From: Calditrichaceae bacterium
Lineage (GTDB): Bacteria > Calditrichota > Calditrichia > Calditrichales > JBFXGD01
Direction of reading: 5' to 3'
Assembly: GCA_050178385.1 (NCBI GenBank)
Contig: JBFXGD010000029.1
Location: 1-28,485 of the forward strand
Length of the DNA stretch: 28,485 bases
Below the pieces are notes generated by a model that did not search any database, had not been told where the DNA came from, and was given only the letters and a program-made list of their open reading frames with translations. The position numbers were made by a program, and so were the translations under genes. Position 1 is the stretch's first letter; every line of letters begins with the position of its first letter. Positions 1 through 8,799 of the stretch are shown piece by piece.

Positions 1-22
1 TCACTCCATAATTCTTACTATT

Positions 23-51
23 ATCATAAATACGAAAGACAATATGAGCAA
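23..51 (-). promoter_or_regulatory. Candidate sigma-70 promoter for a gene left of the window
   Basis: Minus strand reads TTGCTC-17 bp-TATGAT, followed by a GGAG at the window edge. Confidence 0.35.
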
Positions 52-170
52 GAATTATTAAATTTATGTTAGAATTGGGTTAATTACTGATGTGACAACA
101 AATATATGACATTCGAATTTAATCGAGTATTACAGTTACGAATCAGCTCTAATCATGGTCATCTACTGTC

Positions 171-950
171 TCACCGTTTTTTCTTTTTGGGTTTTTGGCG
201 AATATAAATTGTCTGATGCCTTGCGTCAGTATCACTAATTTTTGTATCAATCTCAAAAAGTTCAATTGCCCGGATGAGTTCGCCTAACTTTTTAAATCCG
301 TAATTCCTGGCATCAAATGAAGGATATTGGTTGGAAATCTGCTGTCCGACGGCTCCAAGATGGGCCCATCCCGCTTCATCGGCAACAGCATCAACCGCGA
401 CTCGCAGTAAGTTGACCAAACTGGTATCGCCTTTCAGATTTTTGGATTCCTTTGGTTTTTTCTCTGCCGCGTCAATTCCGGCTGATGATCCGTGCTCTTC
501 ATCTTCCGTTCTTAAAATTTCGGTATAAATAAACTTGTCGCAGGCGCTTACAAATGAATTCGGGGTCTTTTTTTCACCAAATCCGTAAACCGTTGTGCCT
601 GTCTCTCTCACTCTGGTGGCAAGACGTGTAAAATCACTGTCGCTTGAAATAATACAGAATCCGTCGAATCTGCTCGTATAGAGTAAATCCATCGCGTCAA
701 TGATCATCGCGCTGTCGGTAGCGTTTTTACCTACCGTATATCTGAACTGCTGGATCGGATGAATCGCGTGCATTAAAAGAACTTCTTTCCAGCCGCGCAA
801 ATTTGGAGATGTCCAGTCACCGTATATTCTTTTTACACTGGCGACTCCAAATTTTGCTATCTCCGCGAACAAGGGCTCAACAATAGCCGGTGAAGTATTG
901 TCGGCATCAATTAGGACAGCCAGCGTTTTTTGCATGTCATTATTTTTCAT
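171..950 (-). CDS. NYN (LabA/DUF88, PIN-like) domain protein with C-terminal OST-HTH/LOTUS domain
   Basis: Motifs LAVLIDADN, RIYGDW, GKNATDSAMIIDAMD, SSDSDF, plus C-terminal GWAHLGAVG..FDARNYGFKKL. Start moved to ATG 950, which has GGAG upstream. Confidence 0.9.
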   Translation of the reverse strand: MKNNDMQKTLAVLIDADNTSPAIVEPLFAEIAKFGVASVKRIYGDWTSPNLRGWKEVLLMHAIHPIQQFRYTVGKNATDSAMIIDAMDLLYTSRFDGFCIISSDSDFTRLATRVRETGTTVYGFGEKKTPNSFVSACDKFIYTEILRTEDEEHGSSAGIDAAEKKPKESKNLKGDTSLVNLLRVAVDAVADEAGWAHLGAVGQQISNQYPSFDARNYGFKKLGELIRAIELFEIDTKISDTDARHQTIYIRQKPKKKKR

Positions 951-982
951 TTTTATCTCCGCGCGATATTGTTGGTTTCTGT

Positions 983-2383
983 TTAATAAATCCATTCGCC
1001 CTGCCGCTCCAGACGATCATCCAGCTTAAATTTTATCAGCATATCTGCCATTTCGGTTTCTGTCAAACGATTCAGCGGGATTTCCGGATTATTTGCCAGT
1101 TCTTCTATCAAAATGCCGGCAACAGCGGCCGCGTCTGATAAATATTTTTTACTCACTTTGTCGAACGCGTCTGCATGAGAATGGTAAAATTTTACCATCG
1201 ATTCATCAAGATGAGCCTGCAGACCGATAACGGGGATGCCCTGCAGCAGGAAGGGCATATGATCGCTGTTGGTCCATGGCACACTGATCACGCCGCTTTT
1301 TAGTTCGAAACCGTTCAAATTGTTTTTCAGTGTTTCAAGAAAGGGAAGTAAAAAATCGAATCCCATGGCGTTAAAACCTGTCGGGGTTCCGGTCATGTCC
1401 ATGTTGATCATCGCCACAACGGGATCATCCCTGTGAACCGCGGCATAATTTTTTGCCCCCCAAAGCCCAAGCTCTTCGCCATTAAACCATACAAATTCTA
1501 TTGTGTAATAATTATCAGATGAATATCTCTTAAGAATCCTTGCCACATCAAATAAAATTGCCGTGCCAAGACCGTTGTCAATGCCTCCCTGGGATAGATC
1601 CCAGCTATCCAGATGCGCCCCCACAACTATTTTATCTTTTACCTTTCCGGGGAGGGTGATCACCACATTTGATGTTTCGATTTCCTTGCAAAAAGAACGT
1701 GTGTCGATTCTGAGAGTGACGGGAATTTTTTTCTCCAACAGCCTCTGGAGCCTTTTTCCTTCTTCAAATGTAAGGCTGTAAGCAGGCACTGCGGTTGGTG
1801 TTCCCTGAAAGTTTCCTGTTCCCGCCAGATTTAGTCCGCCCGGTCTGCCGTTTATAAAGAGAACTGCTTTCGCGCCGGATTTTCCTGCCAGCCCGATAAT
1901 TTCTGATCGCATCAGTTCTTTTCCCGCCGGCGGTTTTTCGGAAGTGACCAGGACAATTTGGTTTTTAACTTCCAAATTCAGGAATGATTCTTCGGAACTG
2001 TAACCTGCATAAACAACCGGGGCTTCAAACACAGGTGTCCTGTCCACATACCCAAGCGCCGCGGCCTGCAGTTTCAGCTCAACAGGCTCTACAATTTGAA
2101 CAACATCATTCCCGCGAACCCAGCCCGGCATTTGAAACTTTTCCAGTTTGACCCTGAAGCCGATATTCTCCAACTCAGATTTTAGGATATGGATCGCATT
2201 TTCATTCTGTTGGCTTCCGGCCGGCCTCCCGCCCGCTTCATCGCATATCTTTTCCAATACCCTGTATGACTGATTATCAAGATAAGCCGAACCTATCATC
2301 GAATACCATTTATCATTTGATTTGGCGTGTAAAATTCCAACGAAACTGATTAAAACAACAATCACCCATTTAACCGGCTGCAT
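983..2383 (-). CDS. Secreted M28-family metallopeptidase with PA domain (carboxypeptidase Q-like)
   Basis: Signal peptide; Zn-ligand motifs GAHLDSW, DNG, GEELG, NMDM, SDH, YHS..D; GGAG RBS. Confidence 0.88.
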   Translation of the reverse strand: MQPVKWVIVVLISFVGILHAKSNDKWYSMIGSAYLDNQSYRVLEKICDEAGGRPAGSQQNENAIHILKSELENIGFRVKLEKFQMPGWVRGNDVVQIVEPVELKLQAAALGYVDRTPVFEAPVVYAGYSSEESFLNLEVKNQIVLVTSEKPPAGKELMRSEIIGLAGKSGAKAVLFINGRPGGLNLAGTGNFQGTPTAVPAYSLTFEEGKRLQRLLEKKIPVTLRIDTRSFCKEIETSNVVITLPGKVKDKIVVGAHLDSWDLSQGGIDNGLGTAILFDVARILKRYSSDNYYTIEFVWFNGEELGLWGAKNYAAVHRDDPVVAMINMDMTGTPTGFNAMGFDFLLPFLETLKNNLNGFELKSGVISVPWTNSDHMPFLLQGIPVIGLQAHLDESMVKFYHSHADAFDKVSKKYLSDAAAVAGILIEELANNPEIPLNRLTETEMADMLIKFKLDDRLERQGEWIY

Positions 2384-2496
2384 TAAATCTCTCCGGATCT
2401 ATTGACATTCTTTATTGTGTAATCTATTAACAAAATCGTGTGATTAAAAATGAATCTTTAAATTATCACCATGATGATTAAAAAACGATCATTAAG

Positions 2497-2529
2497 AAAA
2501 AAAAATCCCGCCCTATTGAGGAGCGGGAT
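2497..2529 (-). terminator. Intrinsic terminator
   Basis: ATCCCGC...GCGGGAT stem followed by a long T run on the minus strand, just after the small ORF. Confidence 0.75.
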
Positions 2530-2558
2530 AAAAACCAATTTAACCATTACTAAGAGCT

Positions 2559-2762
2559 TTAATAATCAACTTCATGATCAGGGAAATTGCTGTCCGCCCT
2601 TGCATCCGCTTCATCTATATTGAGTTCGAGATGCCCGCCGCTGTTTGTGGCGCTGCTGATTTCATAGATCTCGGTTGTTCCTTCAAGTCCTATTAATGTA
2701 ACGAATACTTCCGCCTGTTCATCAAAATCTTCAAGATATTCTCGTAATTGGTATACTTTCAT
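2559..2762 (-). CDS. Small acidic hypothetical protein (67 aa)
   Basis: MKVYQLREYLEDFDEQAEV... from ATG 2762 with a GGGG RBS-like stretch; own terminator downstream. Confidence 0.6.
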   Translation of the reverse strand: MKVYQLREYLEDFDEQAEVFVTLIGLEGTTEIYEISSATNSGGHLELNIDEADARADSNFPDHEVDY

Positions 2763-2975
2763 CGTAACCCCCGGAATTAGGTTAATGTGTTTCAAAATTT
2801 TGTTAACCGTCAAAGGATTTTTTCTATTCCGTGTTTTTTGTCCGGATTCCGAATTCAGCCTTGTCAATTCAACAGGCAATGATTTCTGAACGTTGAAAAT
2901 TCCTTTTTCCCGATTTTTAATTTAAATGACCATCAGGATGTCGCCGTTTTATTTGCTTTAATCAAAACCGGCAAC

Positions 2976-3006
2976 AAAAAAACCGACCTGTGATTTGAAG
3001 ATCGGC
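2976..3006 (-). terminator. Intrinsic terminator of the tol-pal operon
   Basis: CCGATCT...AGGTCGG stem followed by TTTTTTT on the minus strand, about 45 bp after cpoB. Confidence 0.7.
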
Positions 3007-3050
3007 TTATTTCCTGAGCCCCGCAATAATAATAAATTTAAAAGCAAAAA

Positions 3051-3818
3051 TCAATTTTTGATATTCGATGCCGCTAACCTGGCTTCTTCAGAGTTCGGAA
3101 ATCTCTGTATCACCAATTTTAAATACTTCTGGGAACTCACCACATCACCCATTTTTTGAAAACAGTACCCTGCTTTTAATAAGGCGGCAGGTTGTTTATT
3201 TCCTTCCGGATAATTGTTCACGGCCCGTTCAAACTCTCTAAGCGCAGATTGATACTCACCCTGCGCGTAATAAGTTTCACCAATCCAATACTGGGCGTTG
3301 GATGCCAGTTCGCTATGCGGAAATTTTGATAAATATTGCTGGAATCCCTGTAAAGCCATCAGATAATTCCCCCGGGTTAAATCCAGATAAGAGGCATCAT
3401 AAAGATCTTTATGGTTTCCTTCAACGGCGCTCCTAACAGATTTTTTATCAGCATCAGCGCTGTCACCGGGTTCGTTTAATGGAGCCTGTGCGGTCTGAAC
3501 ACCCGTAAATCTCGACATCTGATAGATATGGTCATCAAGTTTGCTGTCGATATAACCTGTTTGTTCTTTTAATCCGGATAATTCGGAGATTAAATCCGCC
3601 TTGATTTGGCGCGTATCATTTTCAAGCGCGGTCACCACTTTTAGCTGCGCCTGAAGCATTTTTTTCATTTCTTTGTTTTCATTCACAAGAACTTCGACCT
3701 GACTACGCAGATAATCCGTATCGTCCTGAAACCTGACAATTTCCTTCCTGCTGGCACATCCCTGAAGAATATATATTAAGTTGAAAAGTATAATTCCACT
3801 TATCAATTTTTGTTTCAT
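3051..3818 (-). CDS. cpoB: Tol-Pal system protein CpoB/YbgF (coiled coil + TPR)
   Basis: Lipobox-like LQGC, coiled coil, TPR motifs NAQYWIGETYY and ALLKAGYCF; directly downstream of pal. Confidence 0.9.
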   Translation of the reverse strand: MKQKLISGIILFNLIYILQGCASRKEIVRFQDDTDYLRSQVEVLVNENKEMKKMLQAQLKVVTALENDTRQIKADLISELSGLKEQTGYIDSKLDDHIYQMSRFTGVQTAQAPLNEPGDSADADKKSVRSAVEGNHKDLYDASYLDLTRGNYLMALQGFQQYLSKFPHSELASNAQYWIGETYYAQGEYQSALREFERAVNNYPEGNKQPAALLKAGYCFQKMGDVVSSQKYLKLVIQRFPNSEEARLAASNIKN

Positions 3819-3839
3819 CTTTTATATTCCATGATTTGA

Positions 3840-3868
3840 AATCTCCGGGCATTAAATACCCGGAGATT
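3840..3868 (-). terminator. Strong hairpin between pal and cpoB (mRNA stabiliser or partial terminator)
   Basis: Perfect 10-bp inverted repeat AATCTCCGGG/CCCGGAGATT with only a short T tract. Confidence 0.5.
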
Positions 3869-3886
3869 ATCAGGATTATTGGTTTA

Positions 3887-4405
3887 TTAATTTATCATGA
3901 ACGCTGAACGGCGGTTTTTTGCCCAGGAACTCTCACCTGTTCCCAAAACAACCGGACGTTCTTTTCCGTAACTGATCGTTGACAATCTGCTGCTTTCCAC
4001 ACCGGAATTAACTAGATATTTTTTAACCGAGTCGGCCCGCCGCTCACCCAATGCAAGGTTATATTCAATGGTACCGCGCTCATCACAATGGCCTTCGATA
4101 AGAAGCTTAACATTGGGATTTTCCTTTAGACTACGCGCGTAACCTGCCAGTGTCTGGCGCGCGGTGGATGTAATTTCAAATTTATCGTAATCAAAATAGA
4201 TCTCCGCGAAACGCAATTCCACCTTGGTTTTGGCATTTGCATCAGAGTCTGTTTCCACTTCTTCGACCGGTTTTTCCACCTCTACAGGAGTCTCAACGAC
4301 CTGCTTTACAGGCTGTGTGATTTTTGTCGCGGCTTTGTGACACCCGCTCAAAATCACTAGAAAAGCAAAAGAGGTAACGATACTCAAAATAATTCTGACT
4401 TTCAT
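3887..4405 (-). CDS. pal: Peptidoglycan-associated lipoprotein Pal
   Basis: Lipobox LSGC; IYFDYDK, IEGHCDERGTIEYNLALGERRA, SYGKERP, KNRR; GGAGG RBS. Confidence 0.96.
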   Translation of the reverse strand: MKVRIILSIVTSFAFLVILSGCHKAATKITQPVKQVVETPVEVEKPVEEVETDSDANAKTKVELRFAEIYFDYDKFEITSTARQTLAGYARSLKENPNVKLLIEGHCDERGTIEYNLALGERRADSVKKYLVNSGVESSRLSTISYGKERPVVLGTGESSWAKNRRSAFMIN

Positions 4406-4429
4406 TGTAAATTTCCTCCGATTTAAGGT

Positions 4430-4960
4430 TTACCTGTTAATGATATTATCAATTTGTACAGCCGCCTGGCTGAAATTTTTATAGGAAACATTTGACATTT
4501 TTTTTAATTCTTTTTCCAGTGCCTCAATCTGCATATTCAGATTTTTGATTTCTTTTAGCTCCTGACCGCTTACTTTTGATTTTGTGATGAGAAGCTGCGA
4601 TCTGCATTTTTTTAATTCATTTTCGGCTTCAGTAAATTCATCCCGGATCGTGAAGTTGAATGCTGCCGAAAGATGTGCCTTGGAGTTGATCAGAGGTATT
4701 AAATAGTATTCGATTTTGTCAATTTTTTGATTGATTAGTTTGATTTCCTCCTTTGCTTTTATATTTTTACCCATGCCCTGATATTGTTCTGCCAATTCAG
4801 CATGCTTTTTTAATTCATCAATATGAGAGATCAGTGAATAAATGGTTGTTTCATACAAAGCCGCGTTCCATGGATTTACTTTTTTATTTTCAGCGCATTT
4901 CCAAAAAACAGATAAACTCAGCAATATGATAAGCAACTTTTCCGTTGATAAAATTTTCAT
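4430..4960 (-). CDS. Putative helical lipoprotein of unknown function (176 aa), possibly YfdX-like
   Basis: ATG 4960 with GGAGG RBS; hydrophobic N-terminus ending VFWKC; fills the gap between tolB and pal. Confidence 0.7.
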   Translation of the reverse strand: MKILSTEKLLIILLSLSVFWKCAENKKVNPWNAALYETTIYSLISHIDELKKHAELAEQYQGMGKNIKAKEEIKLINQKIDKIEYYLIPLINSKAHLSAAFNFTIRDEFTEAENELKKCRSQLLITKSKVSGQELKEIKNLNMQIEALEKELKKMSNVSYKNFSQAAVQIDNIINR

Positions 4961-5021
4961 TCTGCCTCCGGCATTATATCGTGTTTTCATGAAACCGATC
5001 CGCTCATTTTCAGGCTTTCTG

Positions 5022-6290
5022 CTAATTATAATCAAATCTTGGCGACCAGCGCGGTGAAGCATTATTTCCTCCTGATGTTACAGCGCGCATACCGGAACCA
5101 TCCCAGTTTATCATGTAAATATCCCATCTCATCCCTCTTCCCATTGCAAACGCTATTTTTAATCCGTCAGGCGACCATACAGGATTTTCATGATTCTCTG
5201 AACCAGCAGTTAATCGTCTTAATTGCGCACCATTTATATCTATGGTATATACCTGGAATCCGCCATCCTCACGACTTACAAACGCGATAAGATCACCGCG
5301 CGGAGACCAGCTGGCTGAATCATTGTATTTACCTTCAAATGTCAGACGGCGCACGTTCCCTCCCATGGCATCCATCAAATAAATCTGCGGATTTCCACTC
5401 CGGTCTGATGTAAAAGCGATTTCCCGGCCGTTCGGTGCCCATGTCGGCGAGGAGTCTATCGCAGGGTGATTCGTCAGGCGGCGCAGACTTCCGTCTTTGA
5501 CATCAATCGAATAGATTTCCGCATTGCCGTTCTGAGTGATGGTCAATGCGATTTTTTTGCCATCCGGTGACCAGGCGGGAGCACTGTACAATCCCTGTAA
5601 TTTTGACATCTTGTAAACTTTTCCGTCGGCGATATCCTGGATCAGGAGTTCAGGCCGTCCCGAAGCGTAACTTGTAAATGCGATCTGTCTGCCGTTAGGT
5701 GACCATGCGGGAGACAGATTTAGAGAATTATTATAGGTTAGTTGTAAAATCCCGTGCCCGTCCATATCAATTATGGCTATTTCTTTGGCCTTACCCTTCG
5801 CCACGGTAAATGCGATTTTGGAATTCGCGATTCCTTTTTCGCCAACAAGATAGTACACGATTTCATCGGCCACTTCATGGGCAAGCGATCTGGCGTCCGA
5901 AATCTCCGCCTCAAATTTCTTATCAAAAATCTGCCTTGTTCCGGGTAACTCAACCAGTCTGGATGAAAATTTCAGATTATTTTTCTTAATCTCCAGACTT
6001 CCCGACAATCCCGCCCTGGCCGAGGAGTTCGATATTTTTAAGGAGTCAGTCGGGTTAACCAGATCGACAACGATAAAGAATCCGGACAGTTTTAAGTCAT
6101 TTATTAATATCTCACGGAACGAATTCCCGTTTTCTTCTCCAAAATCAGAGATAAACAGCACAATTGGTTCAAATCCCTCTTTTTGCACTTTCAAATGGAC
6201 TTCATTTTGCGCGGAGATTTCAGTCATAAATAATCCGGCCCAAAATGCAATCATCGTCATAACGAGAAATTTACCTACAAGATTTACCAT
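5022..6290 (-). CDS. tolB: Tol-Pal beta-propeller protein TolB
   Basis: Signal peptide, TolB_N-like region (NDLKLSG, AHEVADEI), repeated PD40 motifs (PAWSPNG, PTWAPNG, PVWSPDG). Confidence 0.95.
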   Translation of the reverse strand: MVNLVGKFLVMTMIAFWAGLFMTEISAQNEVHLKVQKEGFEPIVLFISDFGEENGNSFREILINDLKLSGFFIVVDLVNPTDSLKISNSSARAGLSGSLEIKKNNLKFSSRLVELPGTRQIFDKKFEAEISDARSLAHEVADEIVYYLVGEKGIANSKIAFTVAKGKAKEIAIIDMDGHGILQLTYNNSLNLSPAWSPNGRQIAFTSYASGRPELLIQDIADGKVYKMSKLQGLYSAPAWSPDGKKIALTITQNGNAEIYSIDVKDGSLRRLTNHPAIDSSPTWAPNGREIAFTSDRSGNPQIYLMDAMGGNVRRLTFEGKYNDSASWSPRGDLIAFVSREDGGFQVYTIDINGAQLRRLTAGSENHENPVWSPDGLKIAFAMGRGMRWDIYMINWDGSGMRAVTSGGNNASPRWSPRFDYN

Positions 6291-6889
6291 ATCGCCTCAA
6301 AATCTATGTGAACCAACAATTGATCGCCGTTAAACTCTTCCGGAAGCGGTGGCAGCGGAGCAACCGCGTATACAGCTCGTTTCGCGGCCTGATCATACAT
6401 GAATCTTCCCGAACTATTTTCTACATTTACATTTTCTATGTTTCCGTTTCTTAGCACTCTGAACCCCACTACAGCATGTAATTTATCATCATGTTCGCCA
6501 GCCTGAACAGGCGGTTTCCAATTTTCCTGTAACCGGTATTGAATCAGATTAAGATAGTAATTAAACGGAAAATCCTTTGTGCTTACTCTTACCGGTAAGT
6601 CTGCCGGATTTCCTGATGCCGGTGATGATTCCGCTTTCGTCTTTTTAACTTTCTCTTTTTTATTGACATTTACCTGTTTTTCCTGGTCTGCGACCCGTCT
6701 GTTTATTTCAGGAGCGGTCTTGTTTTTAGGAGATGTTTTATCTTTGACAATCATTTCTTCCATACTGAACAATTGAACTGCATAAACAGGTGTAAACTCC
6801 GGAAATATATATGATTTTGCGCTCAGCAGAATCAAACCTGACACCAAAATCAAATGTATTACCATTGACAAAAATAGTGAGCGTTTCAT
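6284..6889 (-). CDS. tolA: TolA/TonB-family energy transducer (short)
   Basis: N-terminal TM helix with SxxxH (SMVIH); C-terminal TolA/TonB_2-like domain (QENWKPP, SSG..YDQAAKRAV, PLPPLP); lies between tolR and tolB. Confidence 0.8.
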   Translation of the reverse strand: MKRSLFLSMVIHLILVSGLILLSAKSYIFPEFTPVYAVQLFSMEEMIVKDKTSPKNKTAPEINRRVADQEKQVNVNKKEKVKKTKAESSPASGNPADLPVRVSTKDFPFNYYLNLIQYRLQENWKPPVQAGEHDDKLHAVVGFRVLRNGNIENVNVENSSGRFMYDQAAKRAVYAVAPLPPLPEEFNGDQLLVHIDFEAIW

Positions 6890-7284
6890 TTTTTCCCGCC
6901 GGAGTCAACCATCAATCCCAAATTATTTATACCCGTCTTTTTAATTTCTCCCATCAGCTCGATAACCTGACCGTAAGGAATCCTCCAGTCAGCCTTCAGC
7001 ATTACCGGTTCATCACCGCCGGAATGATACAGATGCAGTAATCTTGACGGGAATTTATCAAGGGTAATCCGCTCTTCATCCAGATAGATGATGCCTTCAT
7101 GAGTCAGAGTCACCACGACGCTTTGTTTTGATTTCAGGTTATCGGCATCGGTTTCGGGCAGATTGACTTCAATTCCTGTTCTCATAAAGGGAGCGGTAAT
7201 CATGAATATGATCAACAAAACCATCGTTACATCGACCAGATTCGTTACATTTATCTCTGAAAGCGATTTAAATTCGGATTTCAT
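6886..7284 (-). CDS. tolR: TolR/ExbD
   Basis: EINVTNLVDVTMVLLIIFMITAP, VNLP, KAD..IPYG. Confidence 0.93.
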   Translation of the reverse strand: MKSEFKSLSEINVTNLVDVTMVLLIIFMITAPFMRTGIEVNLPETDADNLKSKQSVVVTLTHEGIIYLDEERITLDKFPSRLLHLYHSGGDEPVMLKADWRIPYGQVIELMGEIKKTGINNLGLMVDSGGKK

Positions 7285-7979
7285 AAAACCCGGTCCTTAT
7301 TTAGATTTTGTACAACTTCGGCCGTAAATGTCTCCAGTTCCTGATTAATCCTGCGGATCCTGTCCACAAAAAAGTTATATGCGATGAGAGCCGGAATGGC
7401 AACCGCAAGACCTGCTATGGTAGTAATAAGAGCTTCCGCAATTCCCGGACCTACAGTTCCGATATCAGCCGAACCTTTCATACCCATGCTCATAAAGGCG
7501 CTCATAATTCCCCAAACCGTACCCATCAATCCCAAAAAAGGGCTAACACTAACCGTCGTTGAAAGAAAGATCAGATTTTTATCGAGTTCTGTGATTTCTG
7601 ATGAAACTGCCGCGTTGATCATCACCTGGGAAACCGGGGATTCTGTTTTCATCACCACCATTTTTTTTACAAGCAGCCCATCCGCAAGATCATCGCTGTT
7701 TATATCCCCATTGTTCTGCTGTCTGTGAAAAGACAATTTTTTATAAATTTTCGCATACGGGCTCATTTTGAAATCAGCGGCTTGGTGCAGTAATTCGGCC
7801 GAATTTTGATTTATTCTCCAAGAACGCAGAAAGCGTTTGGATTCATTGTTAATCCTCTTAAATTGTCTGGATTTCTCAAAGATAACACCCCATGAAACGA
7901 CCGAAAGGAACAGAAGAATCAGAAGGACAAGTTTCGCTACAAATCCGATTTGTTGAAGAAACTGAATTGCATCATTCAT
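7281..7979 (-). CDS. tolQ: TolQ/ExbB proton channel
   Basis: SPFLGLMGTVWGIM, VGPGIAEALITTIAGLAVAIPA; start placed at ATG 7979 after GGGG. Confidence 0.93.
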   Translation of the reverse strand: MNDAIQFLQQIGFVAKLVLLILLFLSVVSWGVIFEKSRQFKRINNESKRFLRSWRINQNSAELLHQAADFKMSPYAKIYKKLSFHRQQNNGDINSDDLADGLLVKKMVVMKTESPVSQVMINAAVSSEITELDKNLIFLSTTVSVSPFLGLMGTVWGIMSAFMSMGMKGSADIGTVGPGIAEALITTIAGLAVAIPALIAYNFFVDRIRRINQELETFTAEVVQNLNKDRVL

Positions 7980-7998
7980 ACAAAATCCCCAATACAAT

Positions 7999-8370
7999 TT
8001 ATAAATAATGATGTCGAATATATTTTTCGATATTCGTTAACATGCCGTTAATTTCGAAAGGTTTTGTGAGATAACCGTCCGCTCCTGTTTTCATAACTTC
8101 CTTCTCCGTAAAGATATTGGAGTAAGCAGTCATTACCACAACAGGAATTTCCGGAAAATTTAATTTTATTCTTTTAAGCAAAGAGATTCCATCTGCCGCC
8201 GGAATTTTCATATCCAGGATAATCAAAACAGGAGTTTTTGAATTAAGTTCTTCTTTCGCCTGATCCCATCTGGAAAATGTACAAATATCAAAATCCTTTT
8301 TTTTGAGCAGCTTCTTAAATGCCAGCAATGTCGCCGGATCATCATCAATAATTATTATTAAATTTGTCAT
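7999..8370 (-). CDS. Single-domain response regulator (receiver only)
   Basis: IDDD, IILD (phospho-Asp), MTAY, KPF; no output domain; ends about 20 bp before tolQ. Confidence 0.9.
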   Translation of the reverse strand: MTNLIIIIDDDPATLLAFKKLLKKKDFDICTFSRWDQAKEELNSKTPVLIILDMKIPAADGISLLKRIKLNFPEIPVVVMTAYSNIFTEKEVMKTGADGYLTKPFEINGMLTNIEKYIRHHYL

Positions 8371-8450
8371 TATCGTTTTCCGATATCCCGGGTATTTTTG
8401 CTTTTATTCCAAACTTTTATTTAATCATAACTTATACTTTTCTTATCATT

Positions 8451-8465
8451 TCAATAACCATGCCA
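8451..8465 (-). promoter_or_regulatory. Sigma-54 (-24/-12)-like promoter of the receiver-tol-pal operon
   Basis: TGGCATGGTTATTGA = GG-N10-GA (consensus GG-N10-GC); twin motif at 9983-9997. Confidence 0.65.
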
Positions 8466-8491
8466 GAAAACTTTTGACAACTAAAAACTTT

Positions 8492-8516
8492 TAAACATTT
8501 GTTATTATTATACTTA
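8492..8516. promoter_or_regulatory. IHF-like bending element
   Basis: TAAAC-N15-ACTTA; minus-strand TAACAAATGTTTA is one mismatch from WATCAANNNNTTR; lies between the putative UAS and the sigma-54 core. Confidence 0.45.
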
Positions 8517-8550
8517 CACAATTACTAAATCGATAAATAATTCTATATCA

Positions 8551-8587
8551 TGTAAGAAGTTTTTACATATTGTCTGAATTAATTACA
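8551..8587. promoter_or_regulatory. Tandem candidate enhancer (UAS) sites
   Basis: TGTAAGAAGTTTTTACA (8551-8567) and TGTCTGAATTAATTACA (8571-8587), both TGT-N11-ACA with a 20-bp period. Confidence 0.55.
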
Positions 8588-8753
8588 CTATTCGGATTTC
8601 TGTAGTTGTAAAATGAGATTTCGATAATTTATCCTAAAAAGAGAAGGTATCGATTAAAGTTTTAATGTTGATATGATCATGAATTTTTATGAAGATGATC
8701 GGAGTTACCTGCCGGGTGATATTTTTCTGGTACAATACTCAATGTTTACCAAT

Positions 8754-8786
8754 AAAAACAGGTATCAGAATTCAGCTGATACCTGT
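8754..8786 (-). terminator. Intrinsic terminator after the ompA-like gene
   Basis: Perfect 11-bp stem ACAGGTATCAG/CTGATACCTGT followed by a T run on the minus strand. Confidence 0.8.
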
Positions 8787-8799
8787 CATTATAATTTTA

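Noticed and set aside
171..950. Toxin-antitoxin or anti-phage defence locus around the NYN gene
   Set aside because: No antitoxin-like or defence-associated neighbour is visible in the window
4961..5062. Longer 210-aa version of the lipoprotein overlapping tolB
   Set aside because: The RBS and signal peptide point to ATG 4960
5022..5760. Repeat array or CRISPR-like periodicity
   Set aside because: The repeats are protein-level PD40 propeller blades of TolB, not DNA repeats with spacers
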